Assembly: GCA_965242965.1 (NCBI GenBank)
Contig: OZ251518.1
Span: forward strand, 2,208,001-2,272,000
DNA: 64,000 nt
Reading direction: 5' to 3'
Source of the DNA: Candidatus Poribacteria bacterium
GTDB lineage: Bacteria > Poribacteria > WGA-4E > WGA-3G
Under the pieces are notes generated by a model. It ran no database searches. It worked only from the letters and a program-made list of their open reading frames with translations, and was not told where the DNA came from. Numbering within the stretch: position 1 is the stretch's first letter; every line of letters begins with the position of its first letter. Positions 1-9,414 of this stretch are shown here, one piece after another. The position numbers and the translations under genes were made by a program.

Positions 1-1
1 C

Positions 2-571
2 GACACCGTAGGGCTGAAACTCCCCCCGAAGTGCCGTGATACCCATCTTGGTATCCAGCAACAACTGCGCGGCGAAGCTGCCGAGGGCAACAATCACTTT
101 CGGCTGAATGAGCTCAATTTGGCGTTCCAAATAGGGGCGACACATATCCACTTCATCGGAGGCTGGATTTCTGTTACCCGGCGGCCTGCACTTCAGCACG
201 TTCGCGATATAGACATCGTCGCGCGTCTTCCCCATCCCTTTCACGATGATGTCTGTCAGCAATTTGCCGGCTCTGCCGACAAAAGGTTCTCCCTGCCTGT
301 CTTCATCAGCACCGGGTGCCTCGCCGATAAACATCAGATCAGCGTTCGGGTTCCCCACGCCGAAAACGACGGTATTTCGAGTTGCGTGAAGTCCACATCG
401 GGTGCAGCCTTGGGCATCGGCATCTAACTGCCCCAAGTCTAACGTAGCGTAAGGAGATGCCTGCTGCGGTTCTTGTAGTTCGGTGATACCGAGTTCAAGT
501 TGTTCTTGCACGTATTCCCTCACAGTGGCGACAAGTTGTAGGTATTCTTCTTTGAGGTTGTCTCTGTTCAT
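2..571 (-). CDS. Uracil-DNA glycosylase family 4 (partial, runs off left edge)
   Basis: Manual minus-strand translation from ATG at 571: [54 protein letters not shown]; absent from ORF track because it has no stop in the window. Confidence 0.9.
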   Translation of the reverse strand, partial: MNRDNLKEEYLQLVATVREYVQEQLELGITELQEPQQASPYATLDLGQLDADAQGCTRCGLHATRNTVVFGVGNPNADLMFIGEAPGADEDRQGEPFVGRAGKLLTDIIVKGMGKTRDDVYIANVLKCRPPGNRNPASDEVDMCRPYLERQIELIQPKVIVALGSFAAQLLLDTKMGITALRGEFQPYGV

Positions 572-575
572 GGCG

Positions 576-952
576 GCATGGCGAGGGACAGGCCCCCGCC
601 CTACGATGAAAACGGACATGATGGCATGGCGAGGGACAGGCCCACGCCCTACGATGAAAACGGACGTAGGAGAGACCTCCCGGTCTCGATGCATGGCGAG
701 GGACAGGCCCTCACCCTACGATAAAAATGGACGCTGCAGCCCCACTCTGTAGAGCAAGAGCGCCTGCTCTTGACCCCGCGCCCTACGATAAAAACGGAAA
801 AATACGTTCATGGCGGCATGGCGAGGGACAGGCCCGCGCCCTACGGTAACCAAACCGCCCCACTCTGTAGGGCAAGAGCGCCTGCTCTTGACCCCGCGCC
901 CTACGATAAAAACGGACATGGCGGCATGGCGAGGGACAGGCCCTCGCCCTAC
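576..952. repeat. REP-like palindrome cluster
   Basis: Several copies of GCATGGCGAGGGACAGGCCC(T/C/G)CGCCCTACG plus GTAGGAGAGACCTCCCGGTCTCG and GTAGGGCAAGAGCGCCTGCTCTTG. Confidence 0.9.
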
Positions 953-996
953 GATAGTGATGCGTTTCGTAGTGATGCGTTTCGTCTCTGAACGCA

Positions 997-2679
997 TTAA
1001 TTCCGGAGTTCATGGATTAAGGAGAGTCCATCGAACCACGTGATATAGAGAAACAACGCTATCATGAGAACAACGCTGACGCGCTGAACCATGGCCTGCT
1101 TTTTCACACTGAGGGGCCGTCCTCGGATTTTCTCAAAAGCGAAAAACAGGAGTTGTCCGCCATCTGCGATGGGAATCGGTAACAAATTCACGATGCAGAG
1201 GTTAATGCTGATGAATCCGATGAAAAAGAGCGCGCTGGCGAAGCCCATCTCAAACATGCGGCTCGTTACATTCGCAATGCCGATGGGGCCCGTGAGGAAT
1301 TTCGGCGAAACCTCTTGGCTGATGAGCTGCCGCAGCGTCCGTCCGATAGACTCCACCGTTAGCCACGATGCCTCAACTCCCTTTCCGAGTGCGGTAAACG
1401 TATCATACGTCGGCAAGTCTCGCGGCGGGGGCCCGAATGTCATGCCGCTGAGCGTTGCACTCCAGCCGAACCCATACGGCACGCCTGTGGCTTCAGCTAC
1501 CTCGTCTGTCTCCCTTGTGCGCGGTAAGAGCTCCACAGTCTCCTTCTGTCCATCGCGAATCACACCGAGTGCAACGCGTTCGCCAGCCGCCCATAATTGC
1601 GTTGAGAGCATCGCATTCTCCACCGTATTTCCGTTGAGGCTGACTAGCGTGTCACCGGCGTAAACACCGGCACCGTCGCCTTCGGGGTGCACTACCGCGG
1701 TGAGTTCCCACTGCACCGGCATTTTTACCACCATCGCGGTATCGCCGCGCCGAATGCCGAGGTGGAGTTCATCGGGGTGCTGCTGAATGGTGTGGTAGAG
1801 TTCTTGATAATACCTTGAAATCCAATTCGCCTCCGGGTGCCAAATCTGCGAATCAAACCGAGGCACGTTGTAGATTTTTTGCCCATTGATTGTTTCTACC
1901 CGGTCACCGACTTGGATGCCGACTTGGGCAGCTAGACTCCCCTCGGCTACATCAGTCACCATGGCTTTGCTAATGCTACTCACCTGAAGGACACCGCTGT
2001 CGCCGCGCGCGCCGCGGACACCTTCGGGGACAACAGTGTAAGTCTTCTCGGTGCCGTTCCGTTCCACAGTGACTTCAAGTTCCTGTTCGGGGCTCGTAAA
2101 AATGCGGGTGTGGAACGCCGTCCAATTTTCAATAGGTGTGCCGTTGATAGTTTTGATGATGTCCCCGGATTTCAATCCGCCGCGTCCCCCCGGTCCTTCT
2201 GGCGCGACTGTGCCGAGTTGAACAGCCTCTTTTTCGGTGCCGATTTGCTGGCCTATCAGCCGCTCAATGAAGGTGGCAGAGGAGTTGTCCAAACCGAAGC
2301 TGAAAACCAGCCAGAATGCGAGCACGCCAAATATCAGATTGACAGCGGGTCCTGCTGCGACGACAAACGCACGGTTGCCGAGCGACGCGCTGCCGAATTC
2401 GCCGCGCGCGCCTGTCTGCTCAGTCGGGTTCTCACCCTCCATCATGACGTAGCCGCCGAAGGGCAGCACCGAGAGCCGATATTCCGTTCCGCCGTATTCA
2501 ATCCCAAACAATTTCGGGCCGAACCCGATAGAGAAGATGTTTACCTTAATCCCAGCCCGCTTTGCGGCGAGAAAGTGTCCGAGTTCGTGGATAAAGATCA
2601 GAAACCCGAGCGGGATAATCGCAAGCAGCACCGTTTTCAGTTTTGGAAGAATTGTCATGATTGGTTCTACAAGTTCCAT
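997..2679 (-). CDS. rseP: RIP metalloprotease RseP with PDZ domains
   Basis: HELGH motif, GGYV, AGPAVN, NLLPIPIADGG; adjacent to dxr. Confidence 0.93.
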   Translation of the reverse strand: MELVEPIMTILPKLKTVLLAIIPLGFLIFIHELGHFLAAKRAGIKVNIFSIGFGPKLFGIEYGGTEYRLSVLPFGGYVMMEGENPTEQTGARGEFGSASLGNRAFVVAAGPAVNLIFGVLAFWLVFSFGLDNSSATFIERLIGQQIGTEKEAVQLGTVAPEGPGGRGGLKSGDIIKTINGTPIENWTAFHTRIFTSPEQELEVTVERNGTEKTYTVVPEGVRGARGDSGVLQVSSISKAMVTDVAEGSLAAQVGIQVGDRVETINGQKIYNVPRFDSQIWHPEANWISRYYQELYHTIQQHPDELHLGIRRGDTAMVVKMPVQWELTAVVHPEGDGAGVYAGDTLVSLNGNTVENAMLSTQLWAAGERVALGVIRDGQKETVELLPRTRETDEVAEATGVPYGFGWSATLSGMTFGPPPRDLPTYDTFTALGKGVEASWLTVESIGRTLRQLISQEVSPKFLTGPIGIANVTSRMFEMGFASALFFIGFISINLCIVNLLPIPIADGGQLLFFAFEKIRGRPLSVKKQAMVQRVSVVLMIALFLYITWFDGLSLIHELRN

Positions 2680-2694
2680 GGGTGTTTCACCTCG

Positions 2695-3867
2695 TTATGT
2701 ATTGTTCTGTTTTTTGATGCATTCGCGTGCCGCCGATTTCGCCCATGCATCAACGGCAAGAATGTCGTCAAGGTTGGGATGCGGAATCACGGCGTGTTTA
2801 TCCATAACGCTTCGCAGAATGGCGGGGATATCCGTAAACCGGATGCGGTTTTCTAGGAAAGCGTCTACCACCACCTCATCTGCGCTACTCAGGACGACAG
2901 GGAGGGTGCCGCCGACTTCCGCCGCGGTATACGCCAGCGCGATGCACGGGAACTTGCCTGCATCCACCGGTTCAAAGTGAAGCGTTCGCGCCGCAAGCAA
3001 ATCTAAACGCGGCACCGGCGTAGCAAGCCGCCGAGGATAGGTTAATGCAAACTGAATCATGATGCGCATATCCGTTGCCCCTAACTGCGCAAGCGTGGAA
3101 CCGTCTGTCCACTCCACCATAGAATGGACAATGCTCTCCCGATGCACTACAATGTTAATTTTTGACAACGGCACATCAAACAGCCACTTCGCCTCGATGA
3201 CTTCTAGTCCTTTGTTCATCATCGTTGCGGAGTCGATGGTAATTTTTGCCCCCATATCCCAGTTCGGATGCCGAAGTGCTTGTTGCGGGGTGACGTTCCG
3301 CAGTGCTTCCTTCGGCATTTCGCGAAACGGCCCGCCGGATGCGGTAATCAGGAGTTGATGAATGTCCGCCTGCCGTTCGCGCTGTCCCTCTAGGCATTGG
3401 AAAATCGCGCTCATTTCGCCATCAATAGGGATTAAGTTAACCCCGTTGACACGCACCGCCTCCATCACGAGTTGTCCGCACATCACCATCACCTCTTTGT
3501 TCACAAAGGCGATGTCTTTGCCTGCGTTAATCGCCGCCAATGTAGGGAGCAACCCGGCACTGCCGCCGATGCCTTCTAACACCTGTGCTGCTTCAGACAT
3601 CGTCGCGACGGCGTGGAGTCCTTCAGGGCCGGCGAGCACCTCCGTGGTGTTCATGTCGCGGAGTCGTTCGCGTAATTGTGCTGCCGCCGCGGGTTCGTTT
3701 AAAGCTGCCACTTTCGGGCGATGCGTCCGAATCTGTGCTTCAAGGGTATCAACGTCTTGATTCGCGGCGAGCCCGACGACGCTGAATTCATCAGGATGTG
3801 TTTCAATGACGCTGAGCGCGTTCTTTCCGATGGAACCGGTGCTACCCAGAATGGCGATGTGTTTCAT
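2695..3867 (-). CDS. dxr: 1-deoxy-D-xylulose 5-phosphate reductoisomerase
   Basis: ILGSTGSIG, TASGGPFR, HPNWDMGAKITIDSATMMNKGLEVIEA. Confidence 0.97.
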   Translation of the reverse strand: MKHIAILGSTGSIGKNALSVIETHPDEFSVVGLAANQDVDTLEAQIRTHRPKVAALNEPAAAAQLRERLRDMNTTEVLAGPEGLHAVATMSEAAQVLEGIGGSAGLLPTLAAINAGKDIAFVNKEVMVMCGQLVMEAVRVNGVNLIPIDGEMSAIFQCLEGQRERQADIHQLLITASGGPFREMPKEALRNVTPQQALRHPNWDMGAKITIDSATMMNKGLEVIEAKWLFDVPLSKINIVVHRESIVHSMVEWTDGSTLAQLGATDMRIMIQFALTYPRRLATPVPRLDLLAARTLHFEPVDAGKFPCIALAYTAAEVGGTLPVVLSSADEVVVDAFLENRIRFTDIPAILRSVMDKHAVIPHPNLDDILAVDAWAKSAARECIKKQNNT

Positions 3868-4697
3868 AAGAGCGTCAATTCCATGTAATAATAGAGGACA
3901 GGCGTGCTAAAGATTAAACTGTCGCATCTGTCAAGGAATCCGCCATGTCCGGGGATGACATCGCCAGAATCTTTGACACCGGCGGTGCGCTTGACGAGGG
4001 ATGCGCTCAGATCTCCGAGTTGTCCCAGCGCGCTCAATATCAGTCCAATGAATGCGGCGTTCACCAATGAGAGTGTTTCGCGTAAGAGCGTCGCGCCGAA
4101 TGCCAGGCCCACCAATGTCCCCAAAACGAGCCCGGCGATAGTGCCTTCGACCGTTTTGCGTGGGCTAATCGGCGTGCCGAGTCTATGTTTACCGATGGCT
4201 CTGCCGATGAGATAGGCACCGGTGTCACTACCCCAAATTGTTCCTGCTAAGAGGAAGATGAGTTGTCTGCCTATCTCGTCGGTGTTGCGCAGCAGGATAA
4301 GATGGTAGCCGACTCCCCATCCGATGATGAGAATGCCTGTCAACTTTAAGGCGACGGTTCCCAATTCGCCAGCCACTTTTCCGCTAAAGATGCTTTCGGC
4401 GAAAACATAGATATGGATACCTGTCAAAAAAGCGAGCAGGATAAGCGGCGTGTCCAAGCGTTGCGCGAAGAATGCCAGGAAACAGAATGCCACCGTGAGC
4501 ATCACAGGCATCACGGGATTCACCCCTAGTGTCGCTTTCGGTTCCGCCTTCACTGGGCGCGCGAGTCTGCAGTACTCCACCTGCATCGCCGATGCAGCCG
4601 CAGACACGAGGATAAGGAACAGCCATTCTCCGTGATAAATAATCAGGAGGACAAGCGGAACCAGCACAACAATACTCAGGGCTCGCCGCCAAAACAT
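3864..4697 (-). CDS. cdsA: Phosphatidate cytidylyltransferase
   Basis: Multi-TM; SDTGAY, SPRKTVEG, KRTAGVKDSGDVIPGHGGFLDRCDS. Confidence 0.95.
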   Translation of the reverse strand: MFWRRALSIVVLVPLVLLIIYHGEWLFLILVSAAASAMQVEYCRLARPVKAEPKATLGVNPVMPVMLTVAFCFLAFFAQRLDTPLILLAFLTGIHIYVFAESIFSGKVAGELGTVALKLTGILIIGWGVGYHLILLRNTDEIGRQLIFLLAGTIWGSDTGAYLIGRAIGKHRLGTPISPRKTVEGTIAGLVLGTLVGLAFGATLLRETLSLVNAAFIGLILSALGQLGDLSASLVKRTAGVKDSGDVIPGHGGFLDRCDSLIFSTPVLYYYMELTLL

Positions 4698-4776
4698 AGT
4701 TTTCTTCCGCCGTTCACCCCCGCGTGTGGGGCTGCTTCCTTTCCTGCTTCGTGCGTTCGTGCGTCGGTTGCGATGG

Positions 4777-5364
4777 CTAAGTTTCTAACAGCTCCGCTTC
4801 CTTCGCTTCAGTGAGTTGGTTAATCTCGTTGATGTAGGTATCCGTGAGCTGCTGGACCGGGTCTGCGTCGGCGCGTCCGCCCTTTCTATCGCCACCTCGC
4901 CCCCGACTTTTGCGTCCAGTTGTCCCGGTATCGGTGCCTTCCAGTTTTTTGAGGGCATCGTTCGCGTCGCGGCGGATGTTGCGGATTGCGACGCGGCCCT
5001 CCTCCGCCAATTTGCGCACAACCTTGGTCAACTCCCGCCGGCGTTCAGTGGTGAGTTCGGGAACCAAGATGCGGATAACGCTGCCATCATTGCTCGGTGA
5101 GAGCCCTAAGTCAGAAAGGGCTATCGCTTTCTCAATTTCTTTAAGGAGCGTTTTGTCCCATGGCTGAATGACGAGGAGCCGCGGCTCGGGTGTCGTCACT
5201 GTGCCTACCTGGTTAAGCGGGCTTTTGCTACCGTAATAATTCACGGTAACCTGGTCCAGGAGCGCGGAGGTGGCCCGCCCGGTTTGCACATGCGACAGTT
5301 TTGTCGCCGTTGCCTCCACGGTTTTCTTCATCCGGGACTCAGTCTGTTGCAAAACTTGTTGCAT
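4777..5364 (-). CDS. frr: Ribosome recycling factor
   Basis: TGRA, IQPWD, PELTTERR, RVAIRNIRRDAND; start taken at ATG 5364 (ORF track extends to 5379). Confidence 0.95.
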   Translation of the reverse strand: MQQVLQQTESRMKKTVEATATKLSHVQTGRATSALLDQVTVNYYGSKSPLNQVGTVTTPEPRLLVIQPWDKTLLKEIEKAIALSDLGLSPSNDGSVIRILVPELTTERRRELTKVVRKLAEEGRVAIRNIRRDANDALKKLEGTDTGTTGRKSRGRGGDRKGGRADADPVQQLTDTYINEINQLTEAKEAELLET

Positions 5365-5406
5365 TTGAATGAACCTCAACGAATCGACGCGCGCTGGAAG
5401 CGTATC

Positions 5407-5513
5407 CTAAATGAACCTGACTCTTCTCGTTGCTGTAGGTGGAGATGAGTTCGCTGGCACTTGACACGTTCGGATGCGTTTAGCATGCATACCAGCGACT
5501 CAGGTTCATTTAG
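5407..5513. mobile_element. MITE-like element, 107 bp
   Basis: 14-bp perfect terminal inverted repeat CTAAATGAACCTGA / TCAGGTTCATTTAG, flanked by TATC direct repeats (5403-5406, 5514-5517). Confidence 0.65.
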
Positions 5514-5607
5514 TATCACCTCTAGAGGAAAGTCTCAAGCGATTTCTTTCCTTTAGGCGTAAGCGGTGTCTGTCCGCCATTCCGCCATTTCCACGCGCGG
5601 TACGGGT

Positions 5608-6201
5608 TTACTGTCCAAGGACATAGAGGACAAAGCGTTTGACGACGATATTCTCGCCGAGTTGGGCGATTGCGTCTTTAACCAGGTCCTCGATAGTCTT
5701 GTCGGTATCGCGAATGTAGGGCTGCTGGAGCAGGCAGGTTTCCGAGTAGTATTTAGCGATGCGCCCTTCAACGATGCGCTCGGCGATGTGTTCGGGTTTG
5801 CCCTCCTGCACCGCCTGCGTTTTCAGAATCGCCTTTTCGGCTTCCAATTCCTCGGCGGGGACTTCTTCCGCGCTAACATACTTCGGCTTGGCGGCGGCGA
5901 CTTGCATCGCTATCTCCTTCGCTAAGCCTTGGAACTGCTCCGTCCGCGCGACGAAATCGGTCTCGCAATTCAATTCGACTAACGTGCCGACGCGGTTGCC
6001 GGGGTGGATATAAGAGACGATTAAACCTTCCTCGGTAGCCCTACCGCCTTTGACTTCGGAGGCTTTCAATCCCTGTTCCCGCAACTTCTGAATTGCCTTA
6101 TCCATGTCGCCGTCCGTTTCTGCTAGTGCCTTTTTGCAATCCATAATACCGGCACCAGTGCGCGAACGGAGCTCACTCACCATTTTTGCTGTAATTTCCA
6201 T
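5608..6201 (-). CDS. tsf: Elongation factor Ts (short form)
   Basis: LRSRTGAGIMDCKKAL, ELNCETDFVAR. Confidence 0.97.
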   Translation of the reverse strand: MEITAKMVSELRSRTGAGIMDCKKALAETDGDMDKAIQKLREQGLKASEVKGGRATEEGLIVSYIHPGNRVGTLVELNCETDFVARTEQFQGLAKEIAMQVAAAKPKYVSAEEVPAEELEAEKAILKTQAVQEGKPEHIAERIVEGRIAKYYSETCLLQQPYIRDTDKTIEDLVKDAIAQLGENIVVKRFVLYVLGQ

Positions 6202-6288
6202 ATTTTCTCCAATGAACGCGCTGTGGGTGCGCGCAATTCGATTGCGCGCACAGCCAAGCGGATTTGTGCGCGCAACTTCCGGGCATCC

Positions 6289-7197
6289 TTACCCCTGCCT
6301 TCTGGGGGCTCTGTTTCTCCGACGCTGGCGAGGTTGACGAGGCTGACGGGTGGGCCGTTGTTCGCCGTCCCCGATTGCCTCCGGTTCTGCGGACCGATCG
6401 GCTTCTGTCAGCATCGCGGCACTCTCTTCTTCATGCCGTTCAGTCGCTGCAACGACATCTACCGACGATGCTTCTTCCAAAAGCGTGCTAGGTTCGGAGA
6501 CTTGCGCGCCTTCCAATGCGTCCCCGCGCCCTTCAATCACTGCATCCGCCATGACTTGGCAGATGAGGCCGATGGAGCGGATAGCATCATCGTTTCCTGG
6601 AACCGGCAGATCAATCGGGTCCGGATCGCAGTTAGTATCAACGATGGCGATAATCGGGATACCCAGTTTATTCGCTTCGGCGACAGCGGTGTGTTCCTTC
6701 CGCGTATCCGTCACGAAAACGACATCGGGTAGCCGCCGCATCTCTCTGATGCCGCTGAGGTTGTTGTTCAGCTTGCCCTTCTCGCGTCGGAGCCGCATCA
6801 CCTCTTTTTTCGGCATCTGGTCGAACAGTCCGTTCGCTTCGTCGGCATCGAGTTGGGATAGCCGGTTGACGCTCTTCCTGATGGTTTGGAAGTTAGTCAG
6901 CATGCCGCCTAACCAGCGGTGATTGACGTGATACATCGCGCATCGGCCTGCTTGCGCCTTGACTGCTTCTTGGGATTGCCGCTTCGTTCCGACGAACAGC
7001 ATGCCGCCGCCGCGCGAGGCGATGTCTTGCACGAAGGCTACGGCCGTTTCCAGCATGCCGAGCGTCTTTTGCAAGTCAATGATATAAATCCCGTTCCGTT
7101 CGGCGAAAATGTATTCCGCCATTTTCGGGTTCCAGCGGCGGGTTTGGTGCCCAAAGTGAACTCCGCATTCCAGGAGCTCTTTCATTGTAACTGCCAA
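6289..7197 (-). CDS. rpsB: 30S ribosomal protein S2
   Basis: [36 protein letters not shown]. Confidence 0.98.
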   Translation of the reverse strand: MAVTMKELLECGVHFGHQTRRWNPKMAEYIFAERNGIYIIDLQKTLGMLETAVAFVQDIASRGGGMLFVGTKRQSQEAVKAQAGRCAMYHVNHRWLGGMLTNFQTIRKSVNRLSQLDADEANGLFDQMPKKEVMRLRREKGKLNNNLSGIREMRRLPDVVFVTDTRKEHTAVAEANKLGIPIIAIVDTNCDPDPIDLPVPGNDDAIRSIGLICQVMADAVIEGRGDALEGAQVSEPSTLLEEASSVDVVAATERHEEESAAMLTEADRSAEPEAIGDGEQRPTRQPRQPRQRRRNRAPRRQG

Positions 7198-7269
7198 AGT
7201 AACCTCCTCATAGCGCGCAATCGCGGCACGCCTATGGGGTTTGCAGGCATTGTCTTAAGCAACACCTGC

Positions 7270-7356
7270 TGGGTTTTCACATCCACCTCTTTCATATTTG
7301 CAACAGACTCTCAAGGATACGAGAGAACCCGCTGTGCAAATCGGGAGGTGTGTCGT
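7270..7356 (-). promoter_or_regulatory. Putative S2 autoregulatory leader RNA
   Basis: Minus strand ACACACCUC..GCGGGU..GAGGUGGAUGUGAAAACCC with nested stems (UUUGCA/UGCAAA, CUCUC/GAGAG) upstream of rpsB; resembles the known rpsB leader layout. Confidence 0.55.
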
Positions 7357-7415
7357 TTGAATAATGCGTTGCGCCAAATTGCAACACTTTGGACGCTTTT
7401 ATTCGCGCCATTAAT

Positions 7416-7444
7416 ATTTTACCACAAAAATGTTGCAATTGCAA
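7416..7444 (-). promoter_or_regulatory. sigma70-type promoter for rpsB (proximal)
   Basis: TTGCAA-17bp-TAAAAT with TG extension. Confidence 0.6.
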
Positions 7445-7523
7445 GTAAACTTTTCATGATGGACGCAAATGCAAATTCTCCGCCGATAGACAGCGTTTCA
7501 ACTTGTTCAGCATCCATTCTATT

Positions 7524-7553
7524 TTTATATCATAAATTTCATTGCATTGTCAA
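7524..7553 (-). promoter_or_regulatory. sigma70-type promoter (distal to rpsB)
   Basis: TTGACA-18bp-TATAAA with TG extension. Confidence 0.5.
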
Positions 7554-7796
7554 GAAAAATCTTAAAAAATATGGTTATCAACCTCAAGGTTGGATTTCAC
7601 GTCTAATTATTAAGAGTGTTTCATAAGTCCATTTCGGCATTTATCCCGCCTTGGAGAGCAGGCGAATATCAGAAGGCATCGGGCCCACCTCTGTAGTTCG
7701 GGAACGCCCGCTCCCGAACGGGTCAGGATCTGGCGATCCTCACCTACAGGGGTGATGCAGTCTGCTATTAAGGCTTTAGGGAGGAAAAAACGCAAA

Positions 7797-8858
7797 TTGC
7801 AAGAATTTATTCAACGGGAGAGATGGCAGCGGCTGCTCAACCCCATCGCGGCGCACTTCCAGACATCCCCAAACGCGATTCAGATTGAGGCAATCCAGCA
7901 CGGGACTCGGCTGAGAGAGAACGTCTGCCGCCTCATCATCGGCAAGGAAAGTTACTTGCTAAAACAGCATGACGTGACCGCACCGGCTGTTGAAGCGGGA
8001 CATACGCCTATCCAGATTGAGGCTACCGTGTTATCCACGTTGCACCGAAGTGGCTGCCGCGTTCCCAAGGTGATTTGGAAATCCGAACCCTTGCATGCGT
8101 TGCTATTGGCATGGTGCGGCGAGAACACGTTGGATTCCATTGCGCAACGTCATCGGGATGCGCATGCCCCAGCGGTTGTCTGGCGTGTGCTAAAAGAATT
8201 GTGTCAGATGGAGACACGTTTTGTGGAAAACGCCGAATTTCTCAAACCTTACGTATTCGGTTTTGATAGCCGTGCGACTTTGGAACGCTTGTTGGAACAA
8301 GGGAAAAGGACGCTCGGTTATCTGCTAACTTCCGCTGACCACAATGTCCAAAACGCGTGGCACGCGCTTTCTGTCCGCTTATTGGATGCCCCAACGACCT
8401 TAGGCACGCTGGACTACAATGCCCGTAACGTTGTCCTCGCCGGCGCGGAACCGACGTTTATTGATTTCGGGAGCATCGGTTGGGATTGGCAGGAGAGGCG
8501 GCTCGTGCAACTCTTCAATAGTATCGGTGCCTTCACAGAAGGCGCGAATTTTGTCTCACTGCTAGACAAAGAGCTGGTTCACCATTACGCGACGTGGGTT
8601 GCGACGCACCGAGAAACCTGTTCGCCTTCGGACATCGCGGCGCGGGTAGATGCACATCATCTGTTGCTTTACTTGTCGGTGGTGCATCGGCTTTTGCGAG
8701 TGGTAGTGCGTCCTGAAACGGTGGACAGTCAGATGCTTCTGCATGCTTGGGGAGATGCGCGTGCCAGATTTCAACGCGCACTCACGTTGATTGCCACCGC
8801 CGATTTAAGCGATGATGGTGACATCGGCCGAATTCGGGACATGATTCGCCAGAGATGA
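7797..8858 (+). CDS. APH/choline-kinase-like phosphotransferase
   Basis: YLLK, VPKVI, DYNARNV, FIDFG kinase motifs; TTG start after GGAGG (ORF track start 7752 abuts a REP). Confidence 0.7.
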   Translation: MQEFIQRERWQRLLNPIAAHFQTSPNAIQIEAIQHGTRLRENVCRLIIGKESYLLKQHDVTAPAVEAGHTPIQIEATVLSTLHRSGCRVPKVIWKSEPLHALLLAWCGENTLDSIAQRHRDAHAPAVVWRVLKELCQMETRFVENAEFLKPYVFGFDSRATLERLLEQGKRTLGYLLTSADHNVQNAWHALSVRLLDAPTTLGTLDYNARNVVLAGAEPTFIDFGSIGWDWQERRLVQLFNSIGAFTEGANFVSLLDKELVHHYATWVATHRETCSPSDIAARVDAHHLLLYLSVVHRLLRVVVRPETVDSQMLLHAWGDARARFQRALTLIATADLSDDGDIGRIRDMIRQR

Positions 8859-9410
8859 GCAGGATATGAGCAGGATTTATACAAGATTAGCACGATTAGG
8901 AGCAGGATTTACGAGATTTACAGGATTTCACAGGATTAGGTCTCTGGTGCGCTGGCGCGGTTGTGGACTGCCACGGGGTGTTCGATGCATCAGCATCTAT
9001 AATCGTGGTAAATCGTGATAATCGTGTAAATCCTGCTTCAGACGATTGGCATAGCGAGGGACAGGCCCTCGCCCTACGGTGAACGGAAACGGCATTGCAA
9101 ACCGTAGCGCGGGGGCCTGTCCCCCGCGATCGTTCGACCCGCGCGAAAAACACCTCTTCAGAAGCTCTGCAGCGGTTTATCTCTGTAGGACAAGAGCACC
9201 TGCTCTGGATCCGTTCGGGAGCGGGTGCTCCCGAACTACAGATCCGGGACATGAGCACGATCGCGGGGGACAGGCCCCCGCGCTACGGGCCAGGACGAAA
9301 AAAACGCGGGGGACAGGCCCCCGCGCTACGGTACCTAAACCACCTCTGTAGGGCAAGAGCACCTGCTCTTGCCCATTGCGATCGGGCGATCGCAACCTAC
9401 AGAGGCGATG
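8858..9410. repeat. 9-mer tandem repeat arms plus REP cluster
   Basis: CAGGATTTA-like units at 8860-8940, inverted TAAATCCTG-like units at 8998-9036, then GTAG palindromes. Confidence 0.8.
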
Positions 9411-9414
9411 AGGA

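Noticed and set aside
119-427. Plus-strand 102-aa ORF
   Set aside because: Antisense shadow of the uracil-DNA glycosylase
483-1043. Short ORFs with MARDRPSPY, RGTGPRPT or VARGPVPR peptides (also near 9.1, 15, 16.8, 20, 22, 41, 43 and 48 kb)
   Set aside because: Translations of intergenic REP clusters in all frames with no independent coding signal
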